The position numbers and the translations under genes are program-made. A model generated the notes under the pieces. It had not been told where the DNA came from, did not search any database, and saw nothing but the letters and a program-made list of their open reading frames with translations. From assembly GCA_963781885.1 (NCBI GenBank), contig CAWAHW010000002.1, positions 1,216,001 to 1,280,000 on the forward strand: 64,000 nucleotides of DNA, in the 5' to 3' direction. Positions 39,575 to 49,912 of this stretch are shown in pieces (the first letter of the stretch is position 1; each line of letters starts with the position of its first letter). The stretch comes from an uncultured Spirochaetota bacterium. Its GTDB lineage: Bacteria > Spirochaetota > Spirochaetia > SZUA-6 > Fen-1364.

Positions 39575-40039
39575 GCCACCGGGCACGGTGGCCGCAAATG
39601 CCACGGCGTACCGTGGCCGCAAATGCCACGGCGTACCGTGGCCGGTGTGGCTGCGCGAATGCCACCGGGTACGGTGGCCGCAAATGCCACCGGGTACGGT
39701 GGCCGCAAATGCCACGGCGTACCGTGGCCGCAAATGCCACGGCGTACCGTGGCCGCAAATGCCACGGCGTACCGTGGCCGCAAATGCCACGGCGTACCGT
39801 GGCCGCAAATGCCACGGCGTACCGTGGCCGCAAATGCCACGGCGTACCGTGGCCGCAAATGCCACGGCGTACCGTGGCCGCAAATGCCACGGCGTACCGT
39901 GGCCGGTGTGGCTGCGCGAATGCCACCGGGTATGGTGGCCGCAAATGCCACGGCGTACCGTGGCCGCAAATGCCACCGGGTACGGTGGCCGCAAATGCCA
40001 CCGGGTACGGTGGCCGCAAATGCCACGGCGTACCGTGGC
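39575..40039. repeat. Tandem array of 18 hairpin units with 25-bp period (REP-like)
   Basis: 12x GCCACGG-CGTA-CCGTGGC and 6x GCCACCG-GGYA-YGGTGGC, linked by CGCAAAT or twice by an 18-nt linker. Confidence 0.95.
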
Positions 40040-40052
40040 CGGTGTGGCCGGC

Positions 40053-40083
40053 TTGACATGTACCCAGGGGATCGGTATATGTT
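40053..40083 (+). promoter_or_regulatory. Probable sigma70 promoter of ffh
   Basis: TTGACA at 40053 followed by a TATATGTT -10 region. Confidence 0.5.
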
Positions 40084-40116
40084 CGTACGTCTTACACTTA
40101 CGAAGAACGGGTACGA

Positions 40117-41448
40117 ATGCTTGACAGATTGAGCGGCAAGCTTGGCGATCTGATGCGACAGATCGGCGGCAAGGCGCATATCTCCGAAAAAAACATCCAG
40201 GACGCGATCAACGAGGTCAAGATCGCCCTCCTCGAGGCAGACGTCAACCTGCGGGTCGTGCGCCGGTTCGTCAATCAGGCCACGGAGGAAGCGCTCGGGG
40301 AGAAGGTCCTCCGGTCGGTCTCCCCAGGCCAGCAGTTCGTCAAGCTCCTGTACGACAAGATGGTGGCGCTGCTCGGCGGGGAAAACCAGGGGCTTGCGCT
40401 GAAGGGACCCGATACGCAGTCGGTGATCCTGCTCGCGGGGCTCCAGGGCTCGGGCAAGACCACGACTGCGGCAAAGCTTGCGCTTCGCCTGAAAGGGCAG
40501 GGAAGGCGGCCGCTCCTGGTCGCCGCCGACCTCGTGCGCCCTGCCGCCGTGCAGCAGCTCGTCGTGCTGGGGGAGAAGGCCGGCGTCGAGGTCCATCACG
40601 AGGAGGTGACGGACCCCGTCCAGGTGGTGCGGGGCGCGTTGAGCCGTGCGCGCAAGGAACAGTTCGACACGGTCATCGTCGACACGTCGGGCCGGCTCCA
40701 GGCCGACGAGGCGCTCATGGCGGAGCTGGTGCGCATACGCGACGCGGCCAGTCCCGTGGAGGTGCTGCTCGTGGCGGACGCGATGACCGGGCAGAATGCC
40801 GTGGACATCGCGCGCGAGTTCGACGCAAAGGTGACGCTCACGGGCGTCATCCTCACGAAGTTCGATTCCGACACGCGCGGCGGCGCGGCCCTTTCCGTGA
40901 AGAGCATCACCGGAAAGCCCGTCAAGTTCGTGGGCGTCGGGGAGAAGCTCGACGGGCTGGAGGCGTTCCATCCCGCGCGGATCGCGTCGCGCATCCTCGG
41001 CATGGGCGACGTCGTGAGCCTGGTGGAGAAGGCGCAGGCAACGATGGAGCAGGGCGAGGCGGAGCGGCTCCAGGACAAGCTCGCGTCGGAGACGTTCACG
41101 CTGGAGGACATGCTCGACCAGTACCGCCGGATGCGGAAGATGGGAAGCATCCAGTCCATCGTGGAGATGATCCCCGGGCTCAAGGGCTCGGGCGCGGAGG
41201 ACAAGATCGACGAGCAGGGGATGAAGCGGGAAGAGGCCATCATCCTCTCCATGACGCGGGCGGAGCGCCGGAACTACCGGATCATCGGCCCGAAGCGCCG
41301 TACACGCATCGCGCGGGGCAGCGGGACCTCCGTCTTCGAGGTGAACAGGTTCTTGAAAAAATTCGAGAAGACGTGTCTGATGATGAAGAAGATGTCGAAG
41401 AACTCGAAATACCAGGCTCAGGTGCTGTCGCAGCTCGGCGGCTCATAG
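40117..41448 (+). CDS. ffh: Signal recognition particle protein
   Basis: ALLEADV, GLQGSGKTT, DTSGR, TKFD, RILGMGD, Met-rich M domain. Confidence 0.97.
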   Translation: MLDRLSGKLGDLMRQIGGKAHISEKNIQDAINEVKIALLEADVNLRVVRRFVNQATEEALGEKVLRSVSPGQQFVKLLYDKMVALLGGENQGLALKGPDTQSVILLAGLQGSGKTTTAAKLALRLKGQGRRPLLVAADLVRPAAVQQLVVLGEKAGVEVHHEEVTDPVQVVRGALSRARKEQFDTVIVDTSGRLQADEALMAELVRIRDAASPVEVLLVADAMTGQNAVDIAREFDAKVTLTGVILTKFDSDTRGGAALSVKSITGKPVKFVGVGEKLDGLEAFHPARIASRILGMGDVVSLVEKAQATMEQGEAERLQDKLASETFTLEDMLDQYRRMRKMGSIQSIVEMIPGLKGSGAEDKIDEQGMKREEAIILSMTRAERRNYRIIGPKRRTRIARGSGTSVFEVNRFLKKFEKTCLMMKKMSKNSKYQAQVLSQLGGS

Positions 41449-41524
41449 CCAGGGAATGCCGCCAGGAGCGGCAGCGAGGGCGAGGGCGAGCGAGGCCAGG
41501 GAATGCCGTCAGGAACGGCGGCGA
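41448..41524. repeat. Two 30-bp direct repeats each containing a small hairpin
   Basis: gccagggaatGCCGCcaggaGCGGCagcga and gccagggaatGCCGTcaggaACGGCggcga. Confidence 0.8.
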
Positions 41525-41571
41525 CGGCCGCAAGCGAGCCCTGCTCAGTAGAAAGATCAAGGAGGACGCCA

Positions 41572-41823
41572 GTGAGCGTGCGCATCAGGCTGAAGAGATT
41601 CGGGACAAAGAAACGCCCCTTTTACAGGATCGTGGTGATGGACTCCCGCACACCGCGCGACGGCCGTGTGCTGGAAGAGATCGGCCTGTACCATCCCATC
41701 GAGAAGCCGGAGAAACAGGTCTCCGTCGATGAAGCAAAGGTCAAGGACTGGATCGCGCGCGGAGCGACCCCGTCGAACACGGTGAAGCAGCTCCTCAGCC
41801 GCAAGCCCGTGGGCGCCGCATAG
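41572..41823 (+). CDS. rpsP: 30S ribosomal protein S16
   Basis: VRIRLKRFGTKKRPFYRIVVMDSR; GGAGG RBS, GTG start. Confidence 0.97.
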   Translation: MSVRIRLKRFGTKKRPFYRIVVMDSRTPRDGRVLEEIGLYHPIEKPEKQVSVDEAKVKDWIARGATPSNTVKQLLSRKPVGAA

Positions 41824-41846
41824 GACAACCGCGGAAGGAGAGTTCC

Positions 41847-42080
41847 GTGGAAAAGGACCTGGTCGAATACATCGCAAAGACCCTTGTCGACGACCCGTCG
41901 GGCGTGAGCGTGAACGTGATCGAGGGGGAGAAATCCACGATCCTCGAGTTGAAGGTCGCCGACAACGACATTGGAAAGGTAATCGGGAAGCACGGCCGGA
42001 TCGCCAAGGCGGTCCGCACCCTCCTGAGCGCTGCCTCCACCCGGTCGGGCAAGAGGGTGGTGCTCGAAATCCTGGACTGA
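41847..42080 (+). CDS. khpA: KH-domain RNA-binding protein
   Basis: DIGKVIGKHGR; conserved position after rpsP. Confidence 0.92.
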   Translation: MEKDLVEYIAKTLVDDPSGVSVNVIEGEKSTILELKVADNDIGKVIGKHGRIAKAVRTLLSAASTRSGKRVVLEILD

Positions 42081-42093
42081 AAGCCCGTTCCAC

Positions 42094-42600
42094 GTGGATC
42101 AGCAGCTTCTTGCCGTCGGCGTCGTCACCGGGACGCATGGCGTCACGGGAGAGCTGAAGATCAGGAGCTTCTCCGGCGAGGTATCACACTTGCTGGGGCT
42201 GCGCGAAGCGCTGTTCAGGAAGGCCGGCGCGGAGAAGCGGATGCATATCGCCTCTTCGCGGCCGCAACCGGCGGGCATCATCGCCAAGGTGGAGGGGCTG
42301 GAAAGCCCGGAGGCGGCGAAGCGTTTCGTGGGCTGGGAGGTGTGGGTTCCCCGCACACTTGCCGCGCCGCTGGCTTCCGGTGAATACTACGCATCGGACC
42401 TGTGCCGGTGCAGGCTCTGGTTCGGGGATCAGGAGGTCGGCGAGGTGCGCTCCGTCTGGGACGGGGGACCCGCCCAGCTCCTGGAGATCCGCGCAAAGGA
42501 TGGAAGGACGATCCTCGTCCCCTTCACGGATCACTTCATTGCAGAGGTGGACCCGGCGGCGGGGCGGATGGTGCTGAGAGAGGATGAGATCCTCCGATGA
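42094..42600 (+). CDS. rimM: Ribosome maturation factor RimM
   Basis: THGVTGELK, EYY..DL, ILVPF. Confidence 0.92.
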   Translation: MDQQLLAVGVVTGTHGVTGELKIRSFSGEVSHLLGLREALFRKAGAEKRMHIASSRPQPAGIIAKVEGLESPEAAKRFVGWEVWVPRTLAAPLASGEYYASDLCRCRLWFGDQEVGEVRSVWDGGPAQLLEIRAKDGRTILVPFTDHFIAEVDPAAGRMVLREDEILR

Positions 42601-43346
42601 CCATTACGATCCTTACCCTTTTCCCGGATCTCTTTTCGGGATATCTGGGAAGCTCCATCCTGGCCCGCGCAATCGCGCGCGACCAGGTGGCAGTGAAGGC
42701 GGTGGATATTCGCGCCTTCGCGACGGACAGGCACCATGTCTGTGACGATGCCGCCTACGGCGGCGGTCCCGGCATGGTGATGAAGCCGGAACCGATCGCG
42801 CTGGCCATCGAGGCCGTGTGCGTGCCGGGCCAGAGGGTGGTGTACCTGACGCCGGCGGGTCGGAGATTCACGCAGGGGACGGCGGAAGAGCTTGCCCGTG
42901 AGCCGGGCTTCATCCTGCTGTGCGGGAGGTATGAAGGGATCGATCAGAGGGTCATCGACGCGTTCGTGACCGACGAGCTCTCAATCGGGGACTACGTGCT
43001 CTCCGGCGGGGAGGTGGCGGCCATGGCGGTCGTCGACGCGGTGGTCCGCTTGGTGCCGGGCGTGATCACGGGGGAATCGCTCGAGGAGGAGAGCTTCGCA
43101 CAAGGGCTCCTGGAGTATCCCCACTATACGAGACCGGAGGATTTTCGCGGCCGACGCGTGCCGGACATCCTCCTCTCGGGGCACCACGAGAAGATCCGCC
43201 GGTGGCGGCTTCGCAAAAGCATCGAGAAGACGATGGAGAATCGCCCCGAGCTGCTGGATTCACCGGCGCTACCGGATGACGTGCGGGACCTCGCGGCGGA
43301 GATCATGAGAGAAGGAGACGGCCATGGACGTGATGAAGGCTCTTGA
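42597..43346 (+). CDS. trmD: tRNA (guanine-N1)-methyltransferase
   Basis: [27 protein letters not shown]. Confidence 0.97.
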   Translation: MTITILTLFPDLFSGYLGSSILARAIARDQVAVKAVDIRAFATDRHHVCDDAAYGGGPGMVMKPEPIALAIEAVCVPGQRVVYLTPAGRRFTQGTAEELAREPGFILLCGRYEGIDQRVIDAFVTDELSIGDYVLSGGEVAAMAVVDAVVRLVPGVITGESLEEESFAQGLLEYPHYTRPEDFRGRRVPDILLSGHHEKIRRWRLRKSIEKTMENRPELLDSPALPDDVRDLAAEIMREGDGHGRDEGS

Positions 43347-43746
43347 AGCGGAGCAGATGAAGGAGAACGCGGAAAACTTCCGCATCGGCGATACCGTCAA
43401 GGTGCACTACAAGATCATCGAGGGCAAGACCGAGCGCGTGCAGGTCTTCGAAGGCATCGTGATCGCCATGAAGCGCGACGGCCTGCGGAAGACCTTCACC
43501 GTGCGCAAGATCAGCTACGGCGTGGGCGTCGAAAGAATATTCCCCCTCAACTCGCCGAAGATCGCGAAGATCGTGCGCGTGCGGGAAGGGCGCATCCGCC
43601 GCTCCAAGCTGTACTACCTGCGCGGCAGGTCGGGAAAGGCCGCCAAGGTCCAGGAGCTCATCCATCGCCGACGCGAGAAGGTGCCCGAGACGGGGATTGC
43701 CGAAGTCGCGGAGGCGAGCGCGGGCGAGACGGCGGAGACCACCTGA
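43324..43746 (+). CDS. rplS: 50S ribosomal protein L19
   Basis: [31 protein letters not shown]. Confidence 0.97.
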   Translation: MDVMKALEAEQMKENAENFRIGDTVKVHYKIIEGKTERVQVFEGIVIAMKRDGLRKTFTVRKISYGVGVERIFPLNSPKIAKIVRVREGRIRRSKLYYLRGRSGKAAKVQELIHRRREKVPETGIAEVAEASAGETAETT

Positions 43747-43785
43747 GCAGGTGCGGCTGCGCGGACCTCTCCGCATGAGGCATCC

Positions 43786-44782
43786 ATGATCCCGACCCCT
43801 GTCGGGGGCAGCATTCACGTCGCCGCGGGGACCCAGACGGCGTTGCGTCACGGGGACATGGTTGTCCTGCACGTGATCAAACGCCTCGAGGGCGACAAGT
43901 GGGCCGTCGGCATCGGCGGACGGGTGTACCCCGCGGTTTCGCGCCTGGCGCTGGAGACGGGAGCCACGCTGCGGGCGCGCGTCGACATCTCCCCCGGAAA
44001 GCTCACTCTCACCGTCTCCGAGATCGTTGAAGATGCCGTGATGGCCGCCCTGCAGGGCCAGGGCATGCCGGGCACGGAGGCGGAGCTCGCCATCGCACGG
44101 GCGCTCGCCCGGACCGGGCTGCCCATCCACGCACAGACCATACAGAAGATACGGCAGCTCCTGTCCCGCGAAGGCGTCGACCTGAAGAACGGCGCGCGGG
44201 CCGCCGCGACGCTCGTCGACAAGGGTTTCGACCCGGGAAGCGACGCGGCGCGCACCCTCCTGCCGGTGCTGGGATTCGGCCAGAAGGGCGGCGGGGACCC
44301 GCGTCGGTACAAGCGCAAGCCCCTTCCGCAGTCGGCGAAGGCGGTGCGCGGCTTTGTCGACGGCCTTGCCACCGATCCGGCAGAATCCCCCACCACGCTC
44401 CAGGCGTACAATCACATCCGGGGGAGAACGGAGTCGTGGATCGTCCTGCCGTTCTCATTCTCGGCCGACCGGGGGCGCGACGATTTCCGGCACGCTGAAG
44501 ATCCTCTACGACCCGTACAAGGCGGAGGCGCGCGCGATGACGCTCTGCACGCCGGGGGTCAGTTTCCACCTCCCGCTCTCCGGCAAGAAGCGCGCGCTCG
44601 CCGTTTACTGCGACACACCGGCAAAGATGCATGCCGTCCGGGGAGGTCTGGACAGCTTGAAGTCAAAAATCCATAACATGGGTTTGGAAGTTGACGATAC
44701 TATAAAAGAAGGGGACGGATTCGACGGCTTCTCCCCTGTCGCGGAGGGGGAAACCCTCCCGAGCGTGGACACAGTGGGGTAG
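43786..44782 (+). CDS. Hypothetical protein (FliK-like by position), apparent +1 frameshift in G run 44471-44475
   Basis: WIVLPFSFSADR continues as GATISGTLKILYD in the next frame; precedes a FlhB-C gene. Confidence 0.6.
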
Positions 44783-44784
44783 GA

Positions 44785-45042
44785 ATGGCGCAGGTGGACA
44801 GGGCGGTCGCCCTGCAATACAACGATGATCTCCCGGCTCCCCTCGTGGTCGCGGCAGGCATGGGGGCCACGGCCCAGGCCATCGCGCGGATCGCGCGGGA
44901 GGCAGGCGTGCCACTGGTCGTGAATGAGGCGGTCGCGGACTCCCTTCTGCAGCTCGACGTCGGCACGCTCATCCCGGAGAACCTGTACGCGGTCATCGCG
45001 GAGATCCTCGTCTTCGTGTCCGGCCTGGATGCCTCCCAATGA
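44785..45042 (+). CDS. FlhB C-terminal-like (EscU/YscU) small protein
   Basis: AVALQY...APLVVAAG...[13 protein letters not shown]. Confidence 0.88.
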   Translation: MAQVDRAVALQYNDDLPAPLVVAAGMGATAQAIARIAREAGVPLVVNEAVADSLLQLDVGTLIPENLYAVIAEILVFVSGLDASQ

Positions 45043-46217
45043 AAAACATCAAGACCAGCGATCTGCGGGACGGCATGAAGTTCGACAAGCCCGTTTTCAT
45101 GGACGGGGAAAACGTCTTCGTTCCCGCCGGCGTGCCCATCCGGCAGAAGGACATCGAGAGGCTTCTGCGGTGGGAGATCACGGAGGTGCGCACGGACGGC
45201 GCGCCCGTATCCGATGCGCCCCGCAGCGTGGAATTGAGCATTGACCTCGCGACGTTCAAAGATCTTCCGGCAGGGGACAAGAGCGCCTTCGATGCGTACC
45301 TGCGCGCCATCGACGAATATGAGCACATCATGAACAGCGTGGCCACGGGAGAGGAGATCGACCGCGCGAAGGTCGATGCCACCGTGAACCTGCTTCTGGA
45401 AAAGATAAAAGACGGCAAGAACGACATGATCCAGCTCATCCTCATGGGCGGCAGGATGGAGCGGAAGATCGCGGCGGGCGTCATCAACGTGACGATCCTG
45501 TCGACCATCATGGGCACGGTATTGAAAATGACCAGCCACCGGCTGATCCAGCTCGCCACCGGCGCGCTCCTCCACGATACGGGCATGGTGAAGGTTCCCA
45601 AGGCCATCCTGAAAAAGAAGGAGAAGCTCACCCCGGACGAGGTGAACCAGATCCGCACGCACCCCATCCACTCGTACAAGGTCATCTCCAAGGAGCTGAA
45701 ATACCCCGAGGACATCGGGGTGATCGCCCTCCAGCACCACGAGCGCTGGGACGGCAACGGCTATCCGCGCAAGCTGCGCGGCGAAGACATCAACCTGGCG
45801 GCGCGCATCGTCGCCGTCGCCGACGCTTACATCTCCATGATCAACAACCGGCCGCATCGCAACTCCATGATCGGTTACAGCGCGATGAAGAACCTGCTGA
45901 ACGACAACGGGCGGCATTTCGACCCCAAGATCCTCAAGGCCTTCCTGGAGAGCATGGGCATCTATCCCATCGGCAGCATCGTGCAGCTGAATACCTCGGC
46001 CATCGGCAGGGTGGTGGAAAGCCACCCCGAAGCGCCGCTGCGGCCGGCCGTCGAGCTCATCATCGACGAATACGGCAATCAGCTCAGCGAGCGCGAGGTC
46101 GTCGACCTGCTCACGAAGAAGGGCACGTTCATCGTCAAGGCGGTGGATCCGAAGTCACTGGCGCCCGCCACGGGTGTCCCGGCGTCGGGAAAGCCTCCCG
46201 CGGAGCGCAACGCGTGA
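45039..46217 (+). CDS. HD-GYP domain phosphodiesterase
   Basis: [25 protein letters not shown]. Confidence 0.88.
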   Translation: MKNIKTSDLRDGMKFDKPVFMDGENVFVPAGVPIRQKDIERLLRWEITEVRTDGAPVSDAPRSVELSIDLATFKDLPAGDKSAFDAYLRAIDEYEHIMNSVATGEEIDRAKVDATVNLLLEKIKDGKNDMIQLILMGGRMERKIAAGVINVTILSTIMGTVLKMTSHRLIQLATGALLHDTGMVKVPKAILKKKEKLTPDEVNQIRTHPIHSYKVISKELKYPEDIGVIALQHHERWDGNGYPRKLRGEDINLAARIVAVADAYISMINNRPHRNSMIGYSAMKNLLNDNGRHFDPKILKAFLESMGIYPIGSIVQLNTSAIGRVVESHPEAPLRPAVELIIDEYGNQLSEREVVDLLTKKGTFIVKAVDPKSLAPATGVPASGKPPAERNA

Positions 46218-46591
46218 GCGGGGTTGCCTCGACGCGTCGGAAAGGCGCGCGCGGCGAAGAAGCTGCCGCTGCGTACCTCGCGGCGCAGGGATGGGTCGTG
46301 CGGGACCGCAATTACCGCACGCGCCGCGGCGAGATCGACATCGTGGCGACGCGCGACGACCTGCTCGCGTTCGTCGAGGTGAAGGCCTGGGGGTCGCTCC
46401 CGCGCGACGAGCTGGGCCGCGCGGTGAACGGCCGCAAGCGGGCGCGCATCACGGGTGCCGCGCGCTGCTATGTCGCCGAAAGGCCGGATCTTGCCGACCG
46501 GCACATGCGTTTCAACGTCGTCTTCATCGACACGCGAAGCGGCGGGATCGAGCTGATTCCCGGCGCGTGGAGCGGGGAGGGGATCGACTGA
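46214..46591 (+). CDS. YraN-family (UPF0102) nuclease-like protein
   Basis: [14 protein letters not shown]...FVEVK. Confidence 0.88.
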   Translation: MSGVASTRRKGARGEEAAAAYLAAQGWVVRDRNYRTRRGEIDIVATRDDLLAFVEVKAWGSLPRDELGRAVNGRKRARITGAARCYVAERPDLADRHMRFNVVFIDTRSGGIELIPGAWSGEGID

Positions 46592-46728
46592 TGGTGCGGA
46601 TTGCCAAGAAGACCGACCCCAAGAAGCTCGCGGAGCTGAAGATCAAGATACACGACGAGGAGTATCTCCTGCAGGCGATCCAGAAGATCGCCCAGGATCT
46701 CACACGCAATCTCGAGCACGGGGAGTAG
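46591..46728 (+). CDS. Small hypothetical protein (45 aa)
   Basis: TGATG coupling with yraN; host-like codon usage. Confidence 0.6.
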   Translation: MVRIAKKTDPKKLAELKIKIHDEEYLLQAIQKIAQDLTRNLEHGE

Positions 46729-46731
46729 CGC

Positions 46732-47265
46732 ATGAGCTCGCGCAGCTTCAGACGCCGCAGCAATCGACGCCGCCACAAGGCCGGGGGCCCGCAGGACGGC
46801 CAGAGCCCGAAGCCGCAGGGCGAACCGGCCGAACGGCCCGCGAATCCGAGACGCCCCCCGCAGCACGCCGGTCCGCCGCGGGCAGGCGGGCAGCAGCGGG
46901 ACGGACGCAGAGGCCGCGGCGCACCGGGCCGGCCGCCGGAAGCGCAGAGGCCGCAGGAGCCCGCGATCCCCATCGTCTATCCCGATTGCCCCATCTGCGG
47001 CAAGCAGGTGCGGGACCTGCCTTCAGCGCTCACGCACCGCGTGACGCGCCAGCCGGCCCACTTTGATTGCATCGTGCAGGAGCTGCGGGACACGAATGAG
47101 ATCGCCCCGCAGGAGAAGATATGCTACCTGGGCGGCGGCAGCTTCGGCATCCTGGAGTTCCGGGCGTCGGGCGGCCCCGGACACTTCGTCATCAAGAAGC
47201 GCATCCAGTATGAGGAGAAGGAAGCGCAACAGGAGTGGAAGAAGCCGCTCCAGGTGTCGTGGTAG
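46732..47265 (+). CDS. Hypothetical protein with Arg-rich N-terminus and CxxC...HxxC zinc motif
   Basis: CPICG, AHFDC, YLGGGSFG. Confidence 0.7.
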   Translation: MSSRSFRRRSNRRRHKAGGPQDGQSPKPQGEPAERPANPRRPPQHAGPPRAGGQQRDGRRGRGAPGRPPEAQRPQEPAIPIVYPDCPICGKQVRDLPSALTHRVTRQPAHFDCIVQELRDTNEIAPQEKICYLGGGSFGILEFRASGGPGHFVIKKRIQYEEKEAQQEWKKPLQVSW

Positions 47266-47269
47266 GAAG

Positions 47270-47815
47270 ATGTCGCTGAAATTCGCCCTCCTCGGGCTGC
47301 TCGCGGAGAGCCCCAAGTACGGTTACGAGATCAAGAGACGATTCGATGGCGCGCTGGGAAACGTCTGGTCGGTATCCTACGGCCAGCTCTACCCGACGCT
47401 CCGCCGGCTCTCGGAGCAGGGCTGGGTCACGAAGAAGACCGAGCCCGGCAAAAAGGCTGCGGAGAAAAACATCTACTCGATCACGGAGAAGGGACGCAAG
47501 AAGCTGGACGAATGGCTTCTGAAGCCGCTCCGCAGCACCTACAAGGTGAAAGACGAGTTCACGCTCCGCTTCCTCTTTTTCAGCAAGCTGTCACCGGAGA
47601 GTGTCCTGGATTACCTCAAGGGCCAGCAAAAAAAGACGGTCCTGCAGCGGGAGAGTTTCCAACGCACCCTTGTTTCGCTTCGCGACGAGCTCGATTTCTT
47701 TCTCCAGGCGATCATCCGCAAGGGCATCATCCACCTTGAAGCCGAGAATCAGTGGCTGGAGGAAGTGATCGATGACATCCGGAGGACCACCGCCGGGCGG
47801 AAAAGCCCCGGGTAG
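47270..47815 (+). CDS. PadR-family regulator
   Basis: LLGLL...YGYEIK, SYGQLYPTLRRL, YSITEKG. Confidence 0.92.
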   Translation: MSLKFALLGLLAESPKYGYEIKRRFDGALGNVWSVSYGQLYPTLRRLSEQGWVTKKTEPGKKAAEKNIYSITEKGRKKLDEWLLKPLRSTYKVKDEFTLRFLFFSKLSPESVLDYLKGQQKKTVLQRESFQRTLVSLRDELDFFLQAIIRKGIIHLEAENQWLEEVIDDIRRTTAGRKSPG

Positions 47816-47838
47816 CCGCGCCGCCAACCCTGCCGCTA

Positions 47839-48627
47839 CTACTGCGGCGTCTTCAGCTCGTCGAGAACCTGGAGCGCCTTTGTCTTCACCGTCCGCAGAT
47901 AATTGCCCTGCGCGATCTTCACCAGGAGGGTGAACGCGGCCGGATCCTTCAGGCCGCCCGGCGACTTGTTGCCGATCTTTTCTATTGCAAGGCATAGCGC
48001 GTAGCCGAAATTGTTGTCCGGCTTCTGCGGGTCTTCCTGCCCGTAGGCGAAGACCAGAGCGTCAATCACTTCGTTGTTGGGATTCTTGCCGATGACGCCC
48101 AGCGCGTACGCCGCTTCCGCCTTCACGACCGGCTCTTCATCGATGAGGAGGACGCGGGTAAGGGCGTCTTTTGCCTGGTCCGTCCCGAGCCTGCCCAGCA
48201 TGTTCGCCGCGCGCCGCCGAACCTCGGGGTAGTTGTTCACAAGGTGCCCGGCCTGCCGCGTCGTGCGGGCGGAGCCCTCCAGCGCGAGGTACTCCAGCAC
48301 GAACTCCACCTGCTGATCCTGGCCCTTGTACGAACCGTCGCTCACCTTCTTGTCCAGGTCGTCCAGGGCGTTCATCTTCATATCGTAGTCGTCAGAGAAA
48401 GCCTTTTCACGCAGGATCTGGAACTCGACGCTCTGGAGGAAGAGCTGCTCAATCGTGATTTCCTTGTTCTGGCTCGCCGCGGGGGCCGACGCCGCCGTGG
48501 AGGAGGCCGTGGATGCCTGCTGGGCGGAAAGCGCGAATGCAAGACCGAAGAACAGCACCGACGCGCAGACGATCGTCCGCAAGTAAAGGATGCGCTTGGC
48601 CGAGTGACTGCTACCGCTCATCATCAT
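47839..48627 (-). CDS. Secreted HEAT-repeat protein
   Basis: Signal peptide; VRRRAANMLGRLG, VKAEAAYALG. Confidence 0.78.
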   Translation of the reverse strand: MMMSGSSHSAKRILYLRTIVCASVLFFGLAFALSAQQASTASSTAASAPAASQNKEITIEQLFLQSVEFQILREKAFSDDYDMKMNALDDLDKKVSDGSYKGQDQQVEFVLEYLALEGSARTTRQAGHLVNNYPEVRRRAANMLGRLGTDQAKDALTRVLLIDEEPVVKAEAAYALGVIGKNPNNEVIDALVFAYGQEDPQKPDNNFGYALCLAIEKIGNKSPGGLKDPAAFTLLVKIAQGNYLRTVKTKALQVLDELKTPQ

Positions 48628-48649
48628 GTTTCTGCTCCCGTTGTTCCTG

Positions 48650-49243
48650 TCAGTCTGTTCCGGTCGGCCGCAGACCAACCTTCCAACGCCCCTCTTCGTG
48701 CACAAGATAGTAGAGGATGACGGAGGTTCCCTGGATCTGCGTCAATGCCTTCACGTGGGTGGCGTCGACAAATTGTATCTCGCTCAGCGTCGCCTGGAGG
48801 TGGCTCTTGACGACGACATTATCGAAATAGTCCTTCAAATCCTTCAGGACGATTCCGTTCTTCTTGAGCACCCCCGCGTTCGACGCATCCTGGAGCGACT
48901 TCGGGCTGCCCGTCACCTGCACGTAGTCCGCGGTGAGATATCCCAGCCAGCTGTCATAGTCTCCCGCGGCGATCAGCTTCGTAAGGGCGTCGATCGTCGC
49001 CTGCACTTCGTCGAAGGTCTTCTTGTACAGCTCCTGGGTGGCGACGAACTCCGGCTGCCCGCCTGCGGCGGGAGCAACGTTTCCCGTGGGTTGGCTCTGC
49101 GGCGTGACCGCCGCGGCCTGCTGCTGGCTCGTGTCAGGCGTGGGCGTCGGGTTCTGCGGCGGTTTCGTGGCGCACGCCGCGAGACACAGCACAACCAGAA
49201 GGAGCACGCCGCGAGGTCGTCCACCCGGATTCATTACCTTCAA
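48650..49243 (-). CDS. Hypothetical lipoprotein
   Basis: Lipobox LAAC. Confidence 0.7.
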   Translation of the reverse strand: MKVMNPGGRPRGVLLLVVLCLAACATKPPQNPTPTPDTSQQQAAAVTPQSQPTGNVAPAAGGQPEFVATQELYKKTFDEVQATIDALTKLIAAGDYDSWLGYLTADYVQVTGSPKSLQDASNAGVLKKNGIVLKDLKDYFDNVVVKSHLQATLSEIQFVDATHVKALTQIQGTSVILYYLVHEEGRWKVGLRPTGTD

Positions 49244-49319
49244 TTCTATTCTCCGGCATGGTCTTTGTCAAAGATTTTTCCCTTGCCAATGGCGGCGAAG
49301 CTCGGCTATTGTGGGTGCC

Positions 49320-49844
49320 ATGTTCAAGGTGCTCCTGCCCGGCACGTACGATCCGCCGACAAACGGCCACCTCAATATCCTCCGCAGGGCCTCGCGCCTC
49401 TTCGAGGCCGTCCAGGTGGTCATCGCGGTCAACCCGTCGAAGATTTACCTGTTCAGCGCGGAGGAGCGCCTTGCGATGATGACGGAGATGGCCGCGGGTC
49501 TGCAGAATGTCACCGTCTCCACGTGGAACGGGCTGATCGTGGACTTCGCGGACAGGGTCGGCATTCACGTCATCGTCCGTGGCGTGCGCGCCCTCGCCGA
49601 TTTCGATTACGAGTTCGAGCTCTCGCTCATGAACAGGTCCCTCAATCCGCGCATTGAGACCATTTTTCTGCCCACGGACCAGAAGTATTCCGTCATAAGA
49701 TCGTCCGCGATCAAGGATATTGCAGGCTTTGGCGGCGACATCTCGGGTATGGTGCCTCCAAACGTGGCAAAAGCGCTGAAGGAAAAGCTCGGAAGCCGCG
49801 CAGCGCAGTCCGCGGCAGGGGTCGAGGAGACCCGGGCGCCTTGA
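49320..49844 (+). CDS. coaD: Phosphopantetheine adenylyltransferase
   Basis: PGTYDPPTNGH, RGVRALADFDYE, SSAIK. Confidence 0.95.
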   Translation: MFKVLLPGTYDPPTNGHLNILRRASRLFEAVQVVIAVNPSKIYLFSAEERLAMMTEMAAGLQNVTVSTWNGLIVDFADRVGIHVIVRGVRALADFDYEFELSLMNRSLNPRIETIFLPTDQKYSVIRSSAIKDIAGFGGDISGMVPPNVAKALKEKLGSRAAQSAAGVEETRAP

Positions 49845-49869
49845 CATTCAAGGGTCGATGGTGTAGCTT
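49841..49869 (+). promoter_or_regulatory. Sigma70 promoter of rpmF-acpP-rnc
   Basis: TTGACA-17 bp-TAGCTT. Confidence 0.6.
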
Positions 49870-49912
49870 AACCTGACTTTATCAAATCAATATACTTTCG
49901 AGGTGACGTGAA

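Noticed and set aside
39575-40039. CRISPR array
   Set aside because: Linkers are identical 7- or 18-nt sequences, not unique spacers; no cas genes in the window
39364-40132. Repetitive ORFs in all six frames across the array
   Set aside because: The 25-bp unit has no stop codons; no RBS, and the period is not a multiple of 3
41448-41560. SRP RNA (ffs) after ffh
   Set aside because: Lacks the CAGG...GGAA...GCAG helix-8 motif and a long enclosing stem
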